Assembly: GCA_000004985.1 (NCBI GenBank)
Contig: GG738856.1
Strand: one strand, 5' to 3'
Origin: Naegleria gruberi
Taxonomy: Eukaryota
Length of the DNA: 64,000 nt
Made by a program: the position numbers and the translations under genes. The notes beneath the pieces were generated by a model, which worked only from the letters and a program-made list of their open reading frames with translations, ran no database searches and had not been told where the DNA came from. Below are positions 41,780-52,399 of this stretch, in pieces; the first letter of the stretch is position 1; each line of letters begins with the position of its first letter.

Positions 41780-44700
41780 TTAGAAACGTCTTGTTCTTGT
41801 TCTAGTTGCTGTGGTAGTTGAACTTGTGGTCGGACTGGAGCTTGTAGCCGTGTTTGAAGAGGAAGCAGTACTAGAGGCAGTGCTGTTATTATTGGTATTA
41901 TTGTTACTTCTTGATGAGATAGTGCTAGTACTAGTGACCGTATTGTTGTTGTTTCTTGTATTGGCAGAACTGCTTGGTCTTTCGGTAGTTCTAGAAGAAA
42001 TGGAAGGACTCGAGTTATTGGAATATGGTGATGAGGTATCCTTGCCTTCATAAAAATCTTTAAAGAATTTGATTAATTGAGCAACAGAATCATTCTCCTG
42101 GGACAGCTTTTTAACAATGAGAGCAAAGTATGAATCTTCTTTGAGAACTGCAGAGCTTTCTATACCATTTAGAGCACAATATTTGGAAACCATCTTGGTT
42201 TTGAGAGTTTCACATCCTTTTCTCAAATTTTCATCCATGATTGGATTGCATACAATCTCAATGAAAACCAAATCCAATATCATGGAATTGAGTTGTAAAA
42301 CATTAATGGGATTTACCTTCAATTCAGGATCAATTTTCTTATTTTCCAGAAGATTCCAAAAGAATGGAATTTCCAACATGTGCTTGAAGTAAAGTTCCAA
42401 AAGTTTAGCTGCAATAGGTTGTTTTTGAAGTTGAGGGAAACTTTCAAACATGGATTGTGACTTTTTCACATATGATACAAACTTTGTGACAGATGAAGAA
42501 ACAACCAACTTTCCAAGATCTGTGCTTGAGAGACCTTCCGCAGTTGTGCTAGGAGAGTAGAGAGTATGAAGAGGATAATTCTTTGGTTCTCCCAATTTCA
42601 TTTGGTCCATTATAATGGCAATACGATTATCACAAAATCTCTCAATAATCTTTTGGTTAATATCGTGTGTACTCTTCAAGAAAAGAGAGAATTGAACCAT
42701 TTCAATACCAAATAATTGTTTCATCTTTTCGAAAAACTTTGGAAGTAGATGGTATCTAACACTGCTGAGGTTACAAATCATGCAACAGAATTGTTGATCA
42801 CTCAAGTGAGTATTAGCCATCTTGAAAATATCCAAAATGTATTCTTCCAGCATATCTTTGACAGGATTGACTGCTGCTTGATAAAGGAAAACATTAGCAA
42901 CTGGCTTTAAATACTCTACATATTCATTAGCAAACTTGTAGAGATATTTACCACTATCTGTTATAAATACAAGGCTACTATTGTTAGCAGAGCTTGATGT
43001 TGTTAAATTTGGTGAGTGTGAATCCCAAGCATAATTGAATCCTTTCCAACTTTCATTGGTCACTAGTTCGGTAAGATGTGAAGCCTTTAAATCCATAAAG
43101 TGTTGAATGGAAACTTCCAAGTCACGTCTAAAGAACTCTGTGAGTAAGTGTTGAACTGAGAGACCTTGAATATTCATTTTCTGTGAGTTTCTAAATGCTA
43201 TTGTGAGTGCTTGAGTCATTTTCTTGAAATCCATTTTCAAAACTGGTCCTATACCCTTTTTGAATTTCATGCAGAACTTTTCAATGGTTTGGGTGACTAC
43301 CCAATTGATGAAACCGCTGTTGTGTGCTCCGTGAGGAATATTCGAAAGGAGTTGAGCAGCCTTCTCACTCACTTTTGCTGTATTATTGGCTGTATTTCTG
43401 TGACGACTAGAAAGATTGCCAGGGTTTGATGAGGGTTCTTCTTCAACTGATTTGGAAGTTTCTTTCTTCAATCCATCTCCAAAAATGATGATATAGTTTT
43501 CGCAAACCTTGGCAACTGCATTGAAGAATCTTGCAGAAAGTTCTTCACTTAATGCCAGAGGGTCACCAATTGAAATGTGAGAAAGTACTTCATCAATCAT
43601 CTTACTTTGTGCATCCAAATAGACACTGATAGACTCCTCCTTATTGTTCAAAATGGTCAAATATTTTACAACAAGCTCACTATAGGAAGGGCTTCTAGAA
43701 TTTACAAGTTCAATAAGTAACACTTCAACAAATCGTTGAGCTGTTTGTTGGAATTTTTCAACAATTTCGACCTCAGATTCGGTATCATCTTCAATATCCT
43801 CTTTTGATTTTTTCATAGTTGGATCAGTCATGAATTGTTCAACAATATTTCTTCCAAGATCATATAATTGAATACTTGACTCAAAATCTCTGATTTGTAA
43901 GGCATTATAAAAGTCATTATTGATGTCTTTGATTTTAGTCATGACCTTATCCTTCAATTCTGATTCGCTTTGTGAACTATTTGTTGATTTTCCTTTAGAT
44001 TTGAACGAATTTGACAATTCTCCCATCAATGTTGATGTTGAATTTAAACTCACTAGCGCATCACCAACAGTACTCTTCATTTCATTCCACAAATTACCCA
44101 ACTCTACTAATTCTCCATCCATTTTTTCAATGTGTTTAGAGGTTTGAATAAAGAATCCATAGTGATTATATACATCTGTAATCAAATTGCTAGAGACAAC
44201 TTGTTCCATTTTACGAAGCACTTTTTCATTGTGACCAGAAATATTCTTACTAATTTTGGTGATTTTTTCTTGTTGAATCATTTGAAATTTCTTACCACTA
44301 ATAATAGTTTCAGCTTCATGACCAGCAACTGTTACTTCCTTTGCAATATTCTTTGTGGTTTGAACTGCCTTCTTTACAAGTTTCTTTCCAGGGTTTAAAA
44401 GTTGTTCTTTCAAATTATTATTCGAATTATTTTCCAAAAATTTACTATTTGCAGCTCCAACTATTTAAATGATATGAAATAATTTAATTCAATATTTAAA
44501 ATATTGAACAATAAGAAACAAACCTGCTGTAGGAGATGAGGGGGAAATTGGATCATCTAAATCATCATCGTCATTTAATTCATATTCTTGGTTATCCTTT
44601 TCTTGATTATCCTTTTCATTATTTGTAAATCTATTAAATACTCTCAAATTGGCCTTGTCAAAATTCAACAATTTCTTTTCCATTCTCTTGTCATATTTTG

Positions 44701-45010
44701 ATTTATCCAAAATTGTATTTACATAATAATGTGGATTAAATTCTTCGTGTGAAAATGGTTCTAATAATTCAATCATTTCATCAGTTGTTGGTGGTTCCTC
44801 TTCCGCTTTTAATTGTTTATCAATTTGAGTGACACGTGACAATGACAGAATATCCTCCAATGTTACAGTACCATCTGTATTGGCAAAGTTAAGTGCTGTA
44901 TCTTGTTTACCAACAATATTATCAACAGTATGAGTAACTGTCGATTTAATCGTTGAAATTAGTGTTTGTGGTTTGAATGACGTTCCGATATCATGTAATA
45001 ACGTTGCCAT
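41780..45010 (-). CDS. Large vesicle-tethering-complex-like subunit (Exo84/Vps51-type N-terminal motif) with an S/T/N-rich tail; exons 45010..44524 and 44460..41780
   Basis: FNPHYYVNTILDKS and ITDVYNHYGFFIQTSKHIEKMDGELVELGNLWNEM resemble CATCHR/Vps51-family N-terminal motifs. One 63-nt intron. Low-complexity tail. Confidence 0.45.
44461..44523 (-). other. Intron (63 nt)
   Basis: GTTTGTTTCTTATTG...CATTTAAATAG. Phase 1 junction GCA G|TT GGA. The downstream ORF has no ATG (track start is TTG). Confidence 0.7.
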
Positions 45011-45497
45011 TTTTTTTAATAATATTGGCCATCAAACATCAATCGAATTGGCAGAGGTCAATATTCATTCATGTAATTTAATAATTATAAATTATTTAAA
45101 ACTGTCGAATTTAAATATCTGAAGAAAAGAAATTGAAGTTAACTTTTCATTCTCTTAATTCTTAATGTTTTTGTTGGGCATTTTGTTTTTGATGCACATA
45201 AAAAGACTGTTCTAAAAATACACTACAATTTCCAATAATTTTAAAAAAAATGGCCACCGTCCCACACTCAATTTTTTCATACAAAGGTTTTGATGTAGGT
45301 TTTTGAAGATTAATAATGGATGATTGTTTATACAATTGGTGGTGATGATAATGACAAATTATGATGAAATTTATTGTTTTTTGTGAATGATTATTGTTTG
45401 ATATTAAAATTTTGGATGATCGGATCAATGAATTATTAATATTATTATTATATACAATAATTATTAGATTGATATTGCATCAAAGAATGCTGGACCT

Positions 45498-45980
45498 ATG
45501 GTTTTATTCTTGGGTTCAACTCCGAATATGGATGAATTAAAGTCTTTTGTTTCATCACTTTATGGTGAATGTAAAATAGTACCATCTCCACAAGAAAGAA
45601 AGGCCTTGCAATCTTCATTGGAACATGCTGAACCTGAATTGATTCAAGGAGATGTAACCTTTGTGCCAAAGAAACCATGGGAAGGTTTAAAGTTCCCAGA
45701 ATTGAGACCATTAAATAAGACAGAACAAGAAAAGAAATTAGATGATATTGTTGCTGAAAAGGGATCATCTGATGAATTCAAAGATGCCTATAAGGTTCAA
45801 CTTATTAAGAAGGCTGAAATTGCTTTGTACAAATTGAATCTTGCCAATAAGAGACATCAAGCTTTGATGCTTAAGAATGAGCTTGACACTTATCGTACAG
45901 TTGCTCGTGAATATGGTGAAAATTCCAGAGCTCGTGTTGAACATCAATTGAGACTTGAATCTCGTTTGGTTGATCTCTAA
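45498..45980 (+). CDS. Hypothetical small coiled-coil protein
   Basis: 160-aa ORF; alternative start at 45528 (MDELKSF). No motif recognised. Confidence 0.45.
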   Translation: MVLFLGSTPNMDELKSFVSSLYGECKIVPSPQERKALQSSLEHAEPELIQGDVTFVPKKPWEGLKFPELRPLNKTEQEKKLDDIVAEKGSSDEFKDAYKVQLIKKAEIALYKLNLANKRHQALMLKNELDTYRTVAREYGENSRARVEHQLRLESRLVDL

Positions 45981-46078
45981 ATCATGATCCTTTTGTATAA
46001 ATAATTGTAAATTTACCCAATATAATAATAGCACTATCTTTGCACTGATTATTTGATAAATTTTTCAATTTAAAAAAA

Positions 46079-46897
46079 ATGTTTTCAAATATTTCTCTCC
46101 CCAAACTTGCCAGTTCCGTACCTGTTCAATTACAATTCAATACAACAAACAACATTACATCATCAGCCGGCTCGGAAGAAGATAACATAAAATTGAGGAG
46201 AATTGTATTGATGAGCGATACTCATCAATTCTACGCTCGGCACATTGAACATTTGGAAAAGGCTTTGGAAGGATCCAACAAGGAGGAGAGAATTCTTCTT
46301 CATTGTGGTGATTTTGGTTTCTATGGAAAGGAACAACCTGTTCTTAATTTTAATCAAGAATTTTTGGCCAAGATCAAACATTTGTTTTCTTTCATTATTG
46401 TAATTATTGGAAATCATTCGAGTCCACTAATGGAGGCATTAGATTTCAATGTTGAAAAATTCAAAGAATTGTATCTTTCGAATGCTACTCATTTGTTATT
46501 TGATTCGAATGTAAAAATATGTGGTTTAACAATTCATGGAATATCATGGAAATCAAAGAAGGAAGACTCCTTTCAATTTTCCAAATTTCCAGCTTCTCAA
46601 CATCAAGCCCTTATTAACAAATTGAAAATGGAAAAGTATAACATGATTCCACAGGATGTAGATATCATTTTAAATCATGAGCCACCACAAGATATTTTCG
46701 ATGATGGATCTGGAAGCGCAGCATTCAGAAAATTCCTATTTGAAAAGGCAAATAATTTGAAAAATTTAAAATTTGTGGCATTCGGGCATGCTCACTCAAA
46801 GTATGGGCATGAGAATATTGATTTAGGAGAAGGGAAAGTCAAGTTTATTAATGCAGCTTTGAATAATACGAATGCTCCTTTCTATTTTGATTTATAA
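46079..46897 (+). CDS. Calcineurin-like metallophosphoesterase (MPP superfamily)
   Basis: Ordered motifs LMSDTH, HCGDFG, IGNHS, LNHEPP, FGHAHSKYGH. Confidence 0.8.
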   Translation: MFSNISLPKLASSVPVQLQFNTTNNITSSAGSEEDNIKLRRIVLMSDTHQFYARHIEHLEKALEGSNKEERILLHCGDFGFYGKEQPVLNFNQEFLAKIKHLFSFIIVIIGNHSSPLMEALDFNVEKFKELYLSNATHLLFDSNVKICGLTIHGISWKSKKEDSFQFSKFPASQHQALINKLKMEKYNMIPQDVDIILNHEPPQDIFDDGSGSAAFRKFLFEKANNLKNLKFVAFGHAHSKYGHENIDLGEGKVKFINAALNNTNAPFYFDL

Positions 46898-47008
46898 AGG
46901 GTAAACTAATGAAATGGGAATTGAACTTTATGCTACTAAGTGAGAACTTGAGAAACTTTGTTGAACTTGGAACTTTATATTCACTGGAACCAAAGACAAA
47001 CAGAAAAA

Positions 47009-48514
47009 ATGGTTCAAAACGAAACCGTGTCTGATACTAGTTCTACAAAATCGCAATGCAAACAGAATGATTTTAATTTCATGGCGCTGGAGTTACTATT
47101 TGAAACTGCTATTAACTTTTTAAAAGTTAATGAAATTTTTAACTTAGCCATATCATGTAATCTATTCTATTCTTCAATATTTTGTAATCCCAATATGTGG
47201 ATAAAATTAGCAAAAAGAGAAGGAATGTATGAGGATGGAAATACTTCAATCGAGTGCAAAGATATGTTTCGTATTGGTAGGTGCATATCTGATTTCTTAG
47301 ACATTGTTATTAAAAACAAAAGCTGGCATTTATCTCATGAAGAGATCACAAATATTTTCAGAGAAACTTGTCCAAACACCAAACTTGTTCATTTGGCTTA
47401 TTTATTGAGAAGTGGCTATTCTGTTGAGAAGAGAAGATTGGTTATTGGATATGTATTACCTCTTTTTAGAACTTCAGAACACTATCGCGAAACATTGCAG
47501 AAAATATTTATTGATGCTTGTTTAATGGAGCCAAATAATTCCATCCTCTCATATTCATTCACTTCCTCATATTATCATGAATTGATGGAAACTAAGGAAG
47601 TTGATGCTGCGTTGTTTACTACTGCTCTCAGACGTAATGGCAGTTTACTTTGGTTAAACGAGTTTTTATGTACTTTGATGGTTAGAAGATTCGACAAAAA
47701 CAATTTAGAGGACAGTAACTATGAAATGGCTATTTACTTACTAAAACTGAAACACCAGCCACAAAACGGAGCTATTTCAACTGTTTATCAAATATTTCAA
47801 TTATTTTATAACAGAAAGCAAGATTATATGGAACATTTCAAAGAAATTCTTAGAAATCCTAGTTCATCCAAGCTGGTAATTGAAAATTTACAAATTTTCA
47901 ACCAAGTGTTTTTAGAAGAAGTCATTACAGCACCACATAATCTTTATGTTAGAAAGGAATATTGTAAAAAGTTCTTTACCACTAAGAGGGATTATGTTTT
48001 AAATAATGAATTGGAAGAAAAGGCATTCAATTTTTTTATTAATTATGAAGGATATTCATGGGAAATTGATTATTTGTTTTCCAATTTTATTCGACTAAAG
48101 GAAAGTGCTGGAGATGAATTTTACGAAAAACACAGACATCACTTTTATGAGATTTTCTTCACTCACTGGAAAGAAGCCATAGAAAAACAAGAAATGCTTA
48201 TTGAGCTTTCGAAAATTGATCTTAAGAGAACTGTTGATGAAATGCTAAACGCTGATCCACCCATTTATCTATCATGTATTTTTTCGAAATTGAAACAAGC
48301 AACTCAAATTATTGAGATATTTAAAACCTATTCGAATGAAATTGAAAAGAAGGAGCAAGAAATATTATTTTGCAACCTGACACATGCTTTGAAAAAAGTT
48401 CTAATCAAACATTATAATGAAAAGACAAAAAAGTTTCTGTTGGATATGATAGATTGGATGACACCAGTTTATCCCAAGGCAAATGAACTATGTCAAAAGA
48501 TCTTGCAGAACTAG
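47009..48514 (+). CDS. Hypothetical protein; weak F-box-like N-terminus
   Basis: The track ORF starts at a TTG (46958). The first ATG at 47009 follows AGAAAAA. Helical, no catalytic motif. Confidence 0.5.
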   Translation: MVQNETVSDTSSTKSQCKQNDFNFMALELLFETAINFLKVNEIFNLAISCNLFYSSIFCNPNMWIKLAKREGMYEDGNTSIECKDMFRIGRCISDFLDIVIKNKSWHLSHEEITNIFRETCPNTKLVHLAYLLRSGYSVEKRRLVIGYVLPLFRTSEHYRETLQKIFIDACLMEPNNSILSYSFTSSYYHELMETKEVDAALFTTALRRNGSLLWLNEFLCTLMVRRFDKNNLEDSNYEMAIYLLKLKHQPQNGAISTVYQIFQLFYNRKQDYMEHFKEILRNPSSSKLVIENLQIFNQVFLEEVITAPHNLYVRKEYCKKFFTTKRDYVLNNELEEKAFNFFINYEGYSWEIDYLFSNFIRLKESAGDEFYEKHRHHFYEIFFTHWKEAIEKQEMLIELSKIDLKRTVDEMLNADPPIYLSCIFSKLKQATQIIEIFKTYSNEIEKKEQEILFCNLTHALKKVLIKHYNEKTKKFLLDMIDWMTPVYPKANELCQKILQN

Positions 48515-48914
48515 TTCTGATAATGTTGTAAAAACCTTTCTTTGTAACAATAAGAAAATCTGTTGTTTCTTCTAGGTTGCGATTCTACTAGAAATTGACT
48601 CAATCAAGAGAGTGTTAGACAAGAAAATTGTGGTCAACAGCCCTCTAACTAATTAATTGGCTTAATCTTTTTGTTAACCCTCAGCACACTAAATTCATAA
48701 TTCAACAAGTGTTACATGACTCTGATTGAACTCCGATTGTTCTAGGAAAATCAAAACTCACAATAATTCAACCATCTTCATCTAATACATTCTCTTTCCC
48801 AATTAGAAAGCCATTTAGAAAAAAAATGTTTGCAAGTCGGTCAATCCACAATGATGGTTCGTTTTTTAATGCATTTTCTTCCGATTTAATATTCAATCAA
48901 TATTATTGAATATG

Positions 48915-48950
48915 TTCAATATATTCAATATATTCAATATATCAATATAT
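48915..48950. repeat. Tandem 9-nt repeat (ttcaatata x3-4) upstream of the GTPase gene
   Basis: ttcaatatattcaatatattcaatatatcaatatatt read directly. Confidence 0.8.
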
Positions 48951-48994
48951 TAAATCATGATGAAATATAATTATCGGAAATCACAATATTAGAT

Positions 48995-49695
48995 ATGATC
49001 AGCAATGAAGTGGAAATGCTATTGAATGATCCTGATTTTAAAATCAAAATAGTAATGGTTGGATCTCCTAATAGTGGAAAAACATCATTAGCTACTCGAT
49101 TTGCTAAATGTGAATTTGATATGAATAAATCGTATGAACATTCTACAGATACGAGTATTCAGTTGGCTAAAATTGATGTCAATGATAAACAAGTTACAAC
49201 TGAAATTTGGGATTGTATCAGTGAATTGGGAGTTGCCCATGAGGAAAAGAGAAGATTACAATATTTGAATACTATGGCTTTTATAATTTGTGTGTCACTG
49301 ACTGATGAGTCAACTTTGGAGGATGCTCTTCATTATGTAAGTTTTTTTATTGGAAACCCAAGTTTCAAAACATGAATGGAAATTGGATTATCTCAATTTT
49401 AATTATATAGTGGATTCCTGAAATTAAGAAATATTCACCTGATACACCAATTGTCTTATGTGGATCTAAACTTGATCTTGTTAAGAATGATTCTTCAATT
49501 GGAACACAAAATCAAAATAGGTATACTACTTATGAACACATGGTTCATCAAGCTAAAAGAAGTAAATGTAAAACCTATGTGGAAACAACGTGCATATCAG
49601 ATGTGACAGTTGTTCAATTATTTGCAACAGCAATCCAATGTGCCTTAGGTCTTTACAAGGACGATGACTCTTCCAAAAAATGCTCTCTCATGTAA
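48995..49695 (+). CDS. Atypical Rho/Rac-family small GTPase with a CAAX box; exons 48995..49336 and 49411..49695
   Basis: G1 GSPNSGKT. Rho-like WIPEIKKYSPDTPIVLCGSKLDL. C-terminal CSLM. Switch II is DCISE instead of DTAGQ. Confidence 0.75.
49337..49410 (+). other. Intron (74 nt)
   Basis: GTAAGTTTTTTT...TTAATTATATAG. Phase 0. Restores the Rho motif ...LHY|WIPEI. Confidence 0.85.
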
Positions 49696-49849
49696 ATTTC
49701 ATAAATCAATTGTAATTAATTATCCTTCTCCAAACATTCCTTGAATATTCACTTGAAATGTAATTAAGAATTAAAAATCTCTCAATCAATTTAACCCTCA
49801 ATAAAAATTTACAAACAATTTTTTTTAAGCTAAAATTAGATTTAAAAAA

Positions 49850-52393
49850 ATGCTTGGACAACAACAATCGGATTCGGAACGTAAATTTCTCTCTCGTTTG
49901 ATCAGCTCGCAAAAACAATCACAACAATATGTTGATGAGGGATTGAAAGCTAAAGCAAGAGCCTTGATTCCTGTGGATCAAATTCATGAACGAGCACAAG
50001 AAAAATACAAGATGAAAAAGGAGAATGATCCAAACTCTAATCCATTGTTGGAACGTTTCATCATTCAAGAGTTATTAAATTGGTTTAAGAGTGATTTTTT
50101 CAAGTGGGTTAATAATCCTCCTTGTGATCATTGTCAAGCAACAAATACAAACGGAATGGGAGGAGTTGCTCCTAATGCTTCGGAACAACAAAATTTAGCT
50201 GGTATTGTTGAATTGTATTCATGTCCAAATTGTAGACAAACTACCAGATTTCCTCGATATAATTATGTTGGAAAATTATTGGAAACTAGAAGAGGAAGAT
50301 GTGGTGAGTGGGCTCAATGTTTCACTTTAATGGCCTCAGCTATGGGATATGAAGCAAGATATGTTCTTGATTGGACTGATCACGTTTGGACTGAGGTTTA
50401 TTTGGATGGATGGTGTCATGCTGATTCATGTGAAGGAACACTGGATTCACCAATGATGTATGAAGCTGGATGGCAAAAGAAACTCTCTTATATTATTGCT
50501 TTCTCTGCAGAGGAAGTAATTGATGTCACAAAAAGATATACTCAAAATTTCTATTCTGACGACTTCCAACAAAGAAGAAGAGCTCAAGGCATTAGTGAAC
50601 CTTGGTTAGAAAGCACATTGAAAAACATTAATGAGCAATTGCATGTATTTATGCCACCTTACAGATCTACCTTCCTTAAAAATAGACAAACAAAGGAAAA
50701 AGATCAAATTGAACAAAAGCAAAAATCCTCGTCTGACCTCACATTGGAAGAACAAAGAGGAAGAATATCCGGCTCTGAAGAGTGGAAGAAGTCTCGAGGA
50801 GAAACAGGCAAAACATCTTGTGATGACGATAGCTGTCCTGTTCCTCAATATAAGTTAGAGCAATCTGTTGTGGATAGCCTTAAGCTCTATACCAACAAGA
50901 TTGAAGTGAATAAGAAAACAAATTCTCTATCTTGTCTAGGAAATTGTAGAGTTTTGAATGATAATTCAATCATAATTACAGAAAACAAGACTTCTCAATG
51001 CGGTTCAATAGTGTTTAATGATCAGTTGGATGTGCGTGATATGGTTATTGAATTCTCGTTCCAACTTACAAAGAATGGAACTGGAGCCGATGGGTTTGCC
51101 CTGATTATGCACTCCAATGATAATGCTGCACAAATGGGAGCTCCTGGTAGTGGAATGGGATATGAAGGAATACCAAACTCTATTGCAATCGAATTTGATA
51201 CTTACCAAACCTTCGATAGAACAAGAGATCCAGATTCAAACCATATCTCTATCCAAACAAGATATGACAAACCAAACTCTGCACATCACGACTATTCTCT
51301 CAAATGTACAACAAGTCTTCCTATTACTCTTTCAGATGGAAAAATTCACAACTGTCAACTTCTTATCCAAGGAGGGAAATTATCTATTATTTTAGAGAAG
51401 GAATATTTGATACTGAAGGATGTATCTGTTGATTTTGAGAGAGTATTTGGAAAGGGAAAGAAATTTAGAATTGGCTTAACTGCTTCAACAGGTGGTTTAT
51501 CAGAAGAACACAAAATTGTAAATTGGTCCATCCTCACAAAAACAACTAGTACTTCATATGTTCTCTTTGACCAAGTGAACATTGCAGGTGTTGAGAAAAA
51601 ACTCAAGGAATTGATTTCTCGTGAACCTAGTCCTACAATTACAGATATACAAGTTCAATCGCTTTTGAATGTGAGTGGTTGGAAAATTACAGAAATTTCC
51701 TTAGTGAATTCTATCCTCAGACAATGGAAATTCGAAAACCTCTTCCCAATTATTGACTTGTTGCGTATTGCCATTGTAAACAACAAGACTGTCTCAGATA
51801 CATTCTCCAAGCTTTTCATACAGAATCAAAAGGACCATTTATTATTGAATATCTTTAACAAGACTAGTGAGGCAACAGTTGAAAATTCGTACGCCTACTG
51901 CCTTGTATCTCTTAGACTTATTAACAATCTCTTTAAGGAAAGGTTAGGTAGAGTCTATGTTAACAAGTTCACAGACAAAATCTTGGAACAGTTGACAGAA
52001 AGCAAAATTTTCACCTTACAACCAACCTCAAAACCTGCATATAGACAAACGTACGGTGCTCTCCTTCACAATCTCTCACTATTATTTGTAAATGAGCTTC
52101 CAGATGAAGAAATGATGGTTAGGTTATTCTCCACCTCCTTTGAAATGTTGGAAAAAGAGATTTCAAGAGAAGACTTTGATGAAAGTGCTTGTCAATATGC
52201 TATCAAATCGTTAACAATACTTCTCAAGGTTGATTCAAAGGAACAACCAACCGATGAAGAGGACAGTATCATGCATGGTCTTGCCTTAAGTATGGACATT
52301 CATAGTTTAGTGTTGAAATTGAAGACAAGAAACCTTGCCAATGTGGATTTGTGTTCTCTTCTCAACTCATTAGAAAAACAGTTTGGAAATTAA
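49850..52393 (+). CDS. PNG1: Peptide:N-glycanase (PNGase, transglutaminase-like core) fused to an L-type lectin domain and a PUL-like C-terminal domain
   Basis: Zn motif CDHC...CPNC. Catalytic RRGRCGEWAQCF, DHVWTEVY, HADSCE. Lectin motifs ADGFALIMH, IAIEFDTYQ, DPDSNHISI. PUL-like WKFENLFPIIDLLRIAIV. Confidence 0.85.
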   Translation: MLGQQQSDSERKFLSRLISSQKQSQQYVDEGLKAKARALIPVDQIHERAQEKYKMKKENDPNSNPLLERFIIQELLNWFKSDFFKWVNNPPCDHCQATNTNGMGGVAPNASEQQNLAGIVELYSCPNCRQTTRFPRYNYVGKLLETRRGRCGEWAQCFTLMASAMGYEARYVLDWTDHVWTEVYLDGWCHADSCEGTLDSPMMYEAGWQKKLSYIIAFSAEEVIDVTKRYTQNFYSDDFQQRRRAQGISEPWLESTLKNINEQLHVFMPPYRSTFLKNRQTKEKDQIEQKQKSSSDLTLEEQRGRISGSEEWKKSRGETGKTSCDDDSCPVPQYKLEQSVVDSLKLYTNKIEVNKKTNSLSCLGNCRVLNDNSIIITENKTSQCGSIVFNDQLDVRDMVIEFSFQLTKNGTGADGFALIMHSNDNAAQMGAPGSGMGYEGIPNSIAIEFDTYQTFDRTRDPDSNHISIQTRYDKPNSAHHDYSLKCTTSLPITLSDGKIHNCQLLIQGGKLSIILEKEYLILKDVSVDFERVFGKGKKFRIGLTASTGGLSEEHKIVNWSILTKTTSTSYVLFDQVNIAGVEKKLKELISREPSPTITDIQVQSLLNVSGWKITEISLVNSILRQWKFENLFPIIDLLRIAIVNNKTVSDTFSKLFIQNQKDHLLLNIFNKTSEATVENSYAYCLVSLRLINNLFKERLGRVYVNKFTDKILEQLTESKIFTLQPTSKPAYRQTYGALLHNLSLLFVNELPDEEMMVRLFSTSFEMLEKEISREDFDESACQYAIKSLTILLKVDSKEQPTDEEDSIMHGLALSMDIHSLVLKLKTRNLANVDLCSLLNSLEKQFGN

Positions 52394-52399
52394 AGTGGT

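Noticed and set aside
41740-42053. ORFs 41740..42051 (-) and 41811..42053 (+) overlapping the 3' end of the tethering-like gene
   Set aside because: They are alternative frames of the S/T/N low-complexity tail. The long frame continuous with the upstream gene is preferred.
45162-45768. ORFs 45162..45428 (-) and 45496..45768 (-)
   Set aside because: One lies in a promoter spacer and the other is antisense to a better ORF. Their composition is His/Gln/Ile-rich noise.
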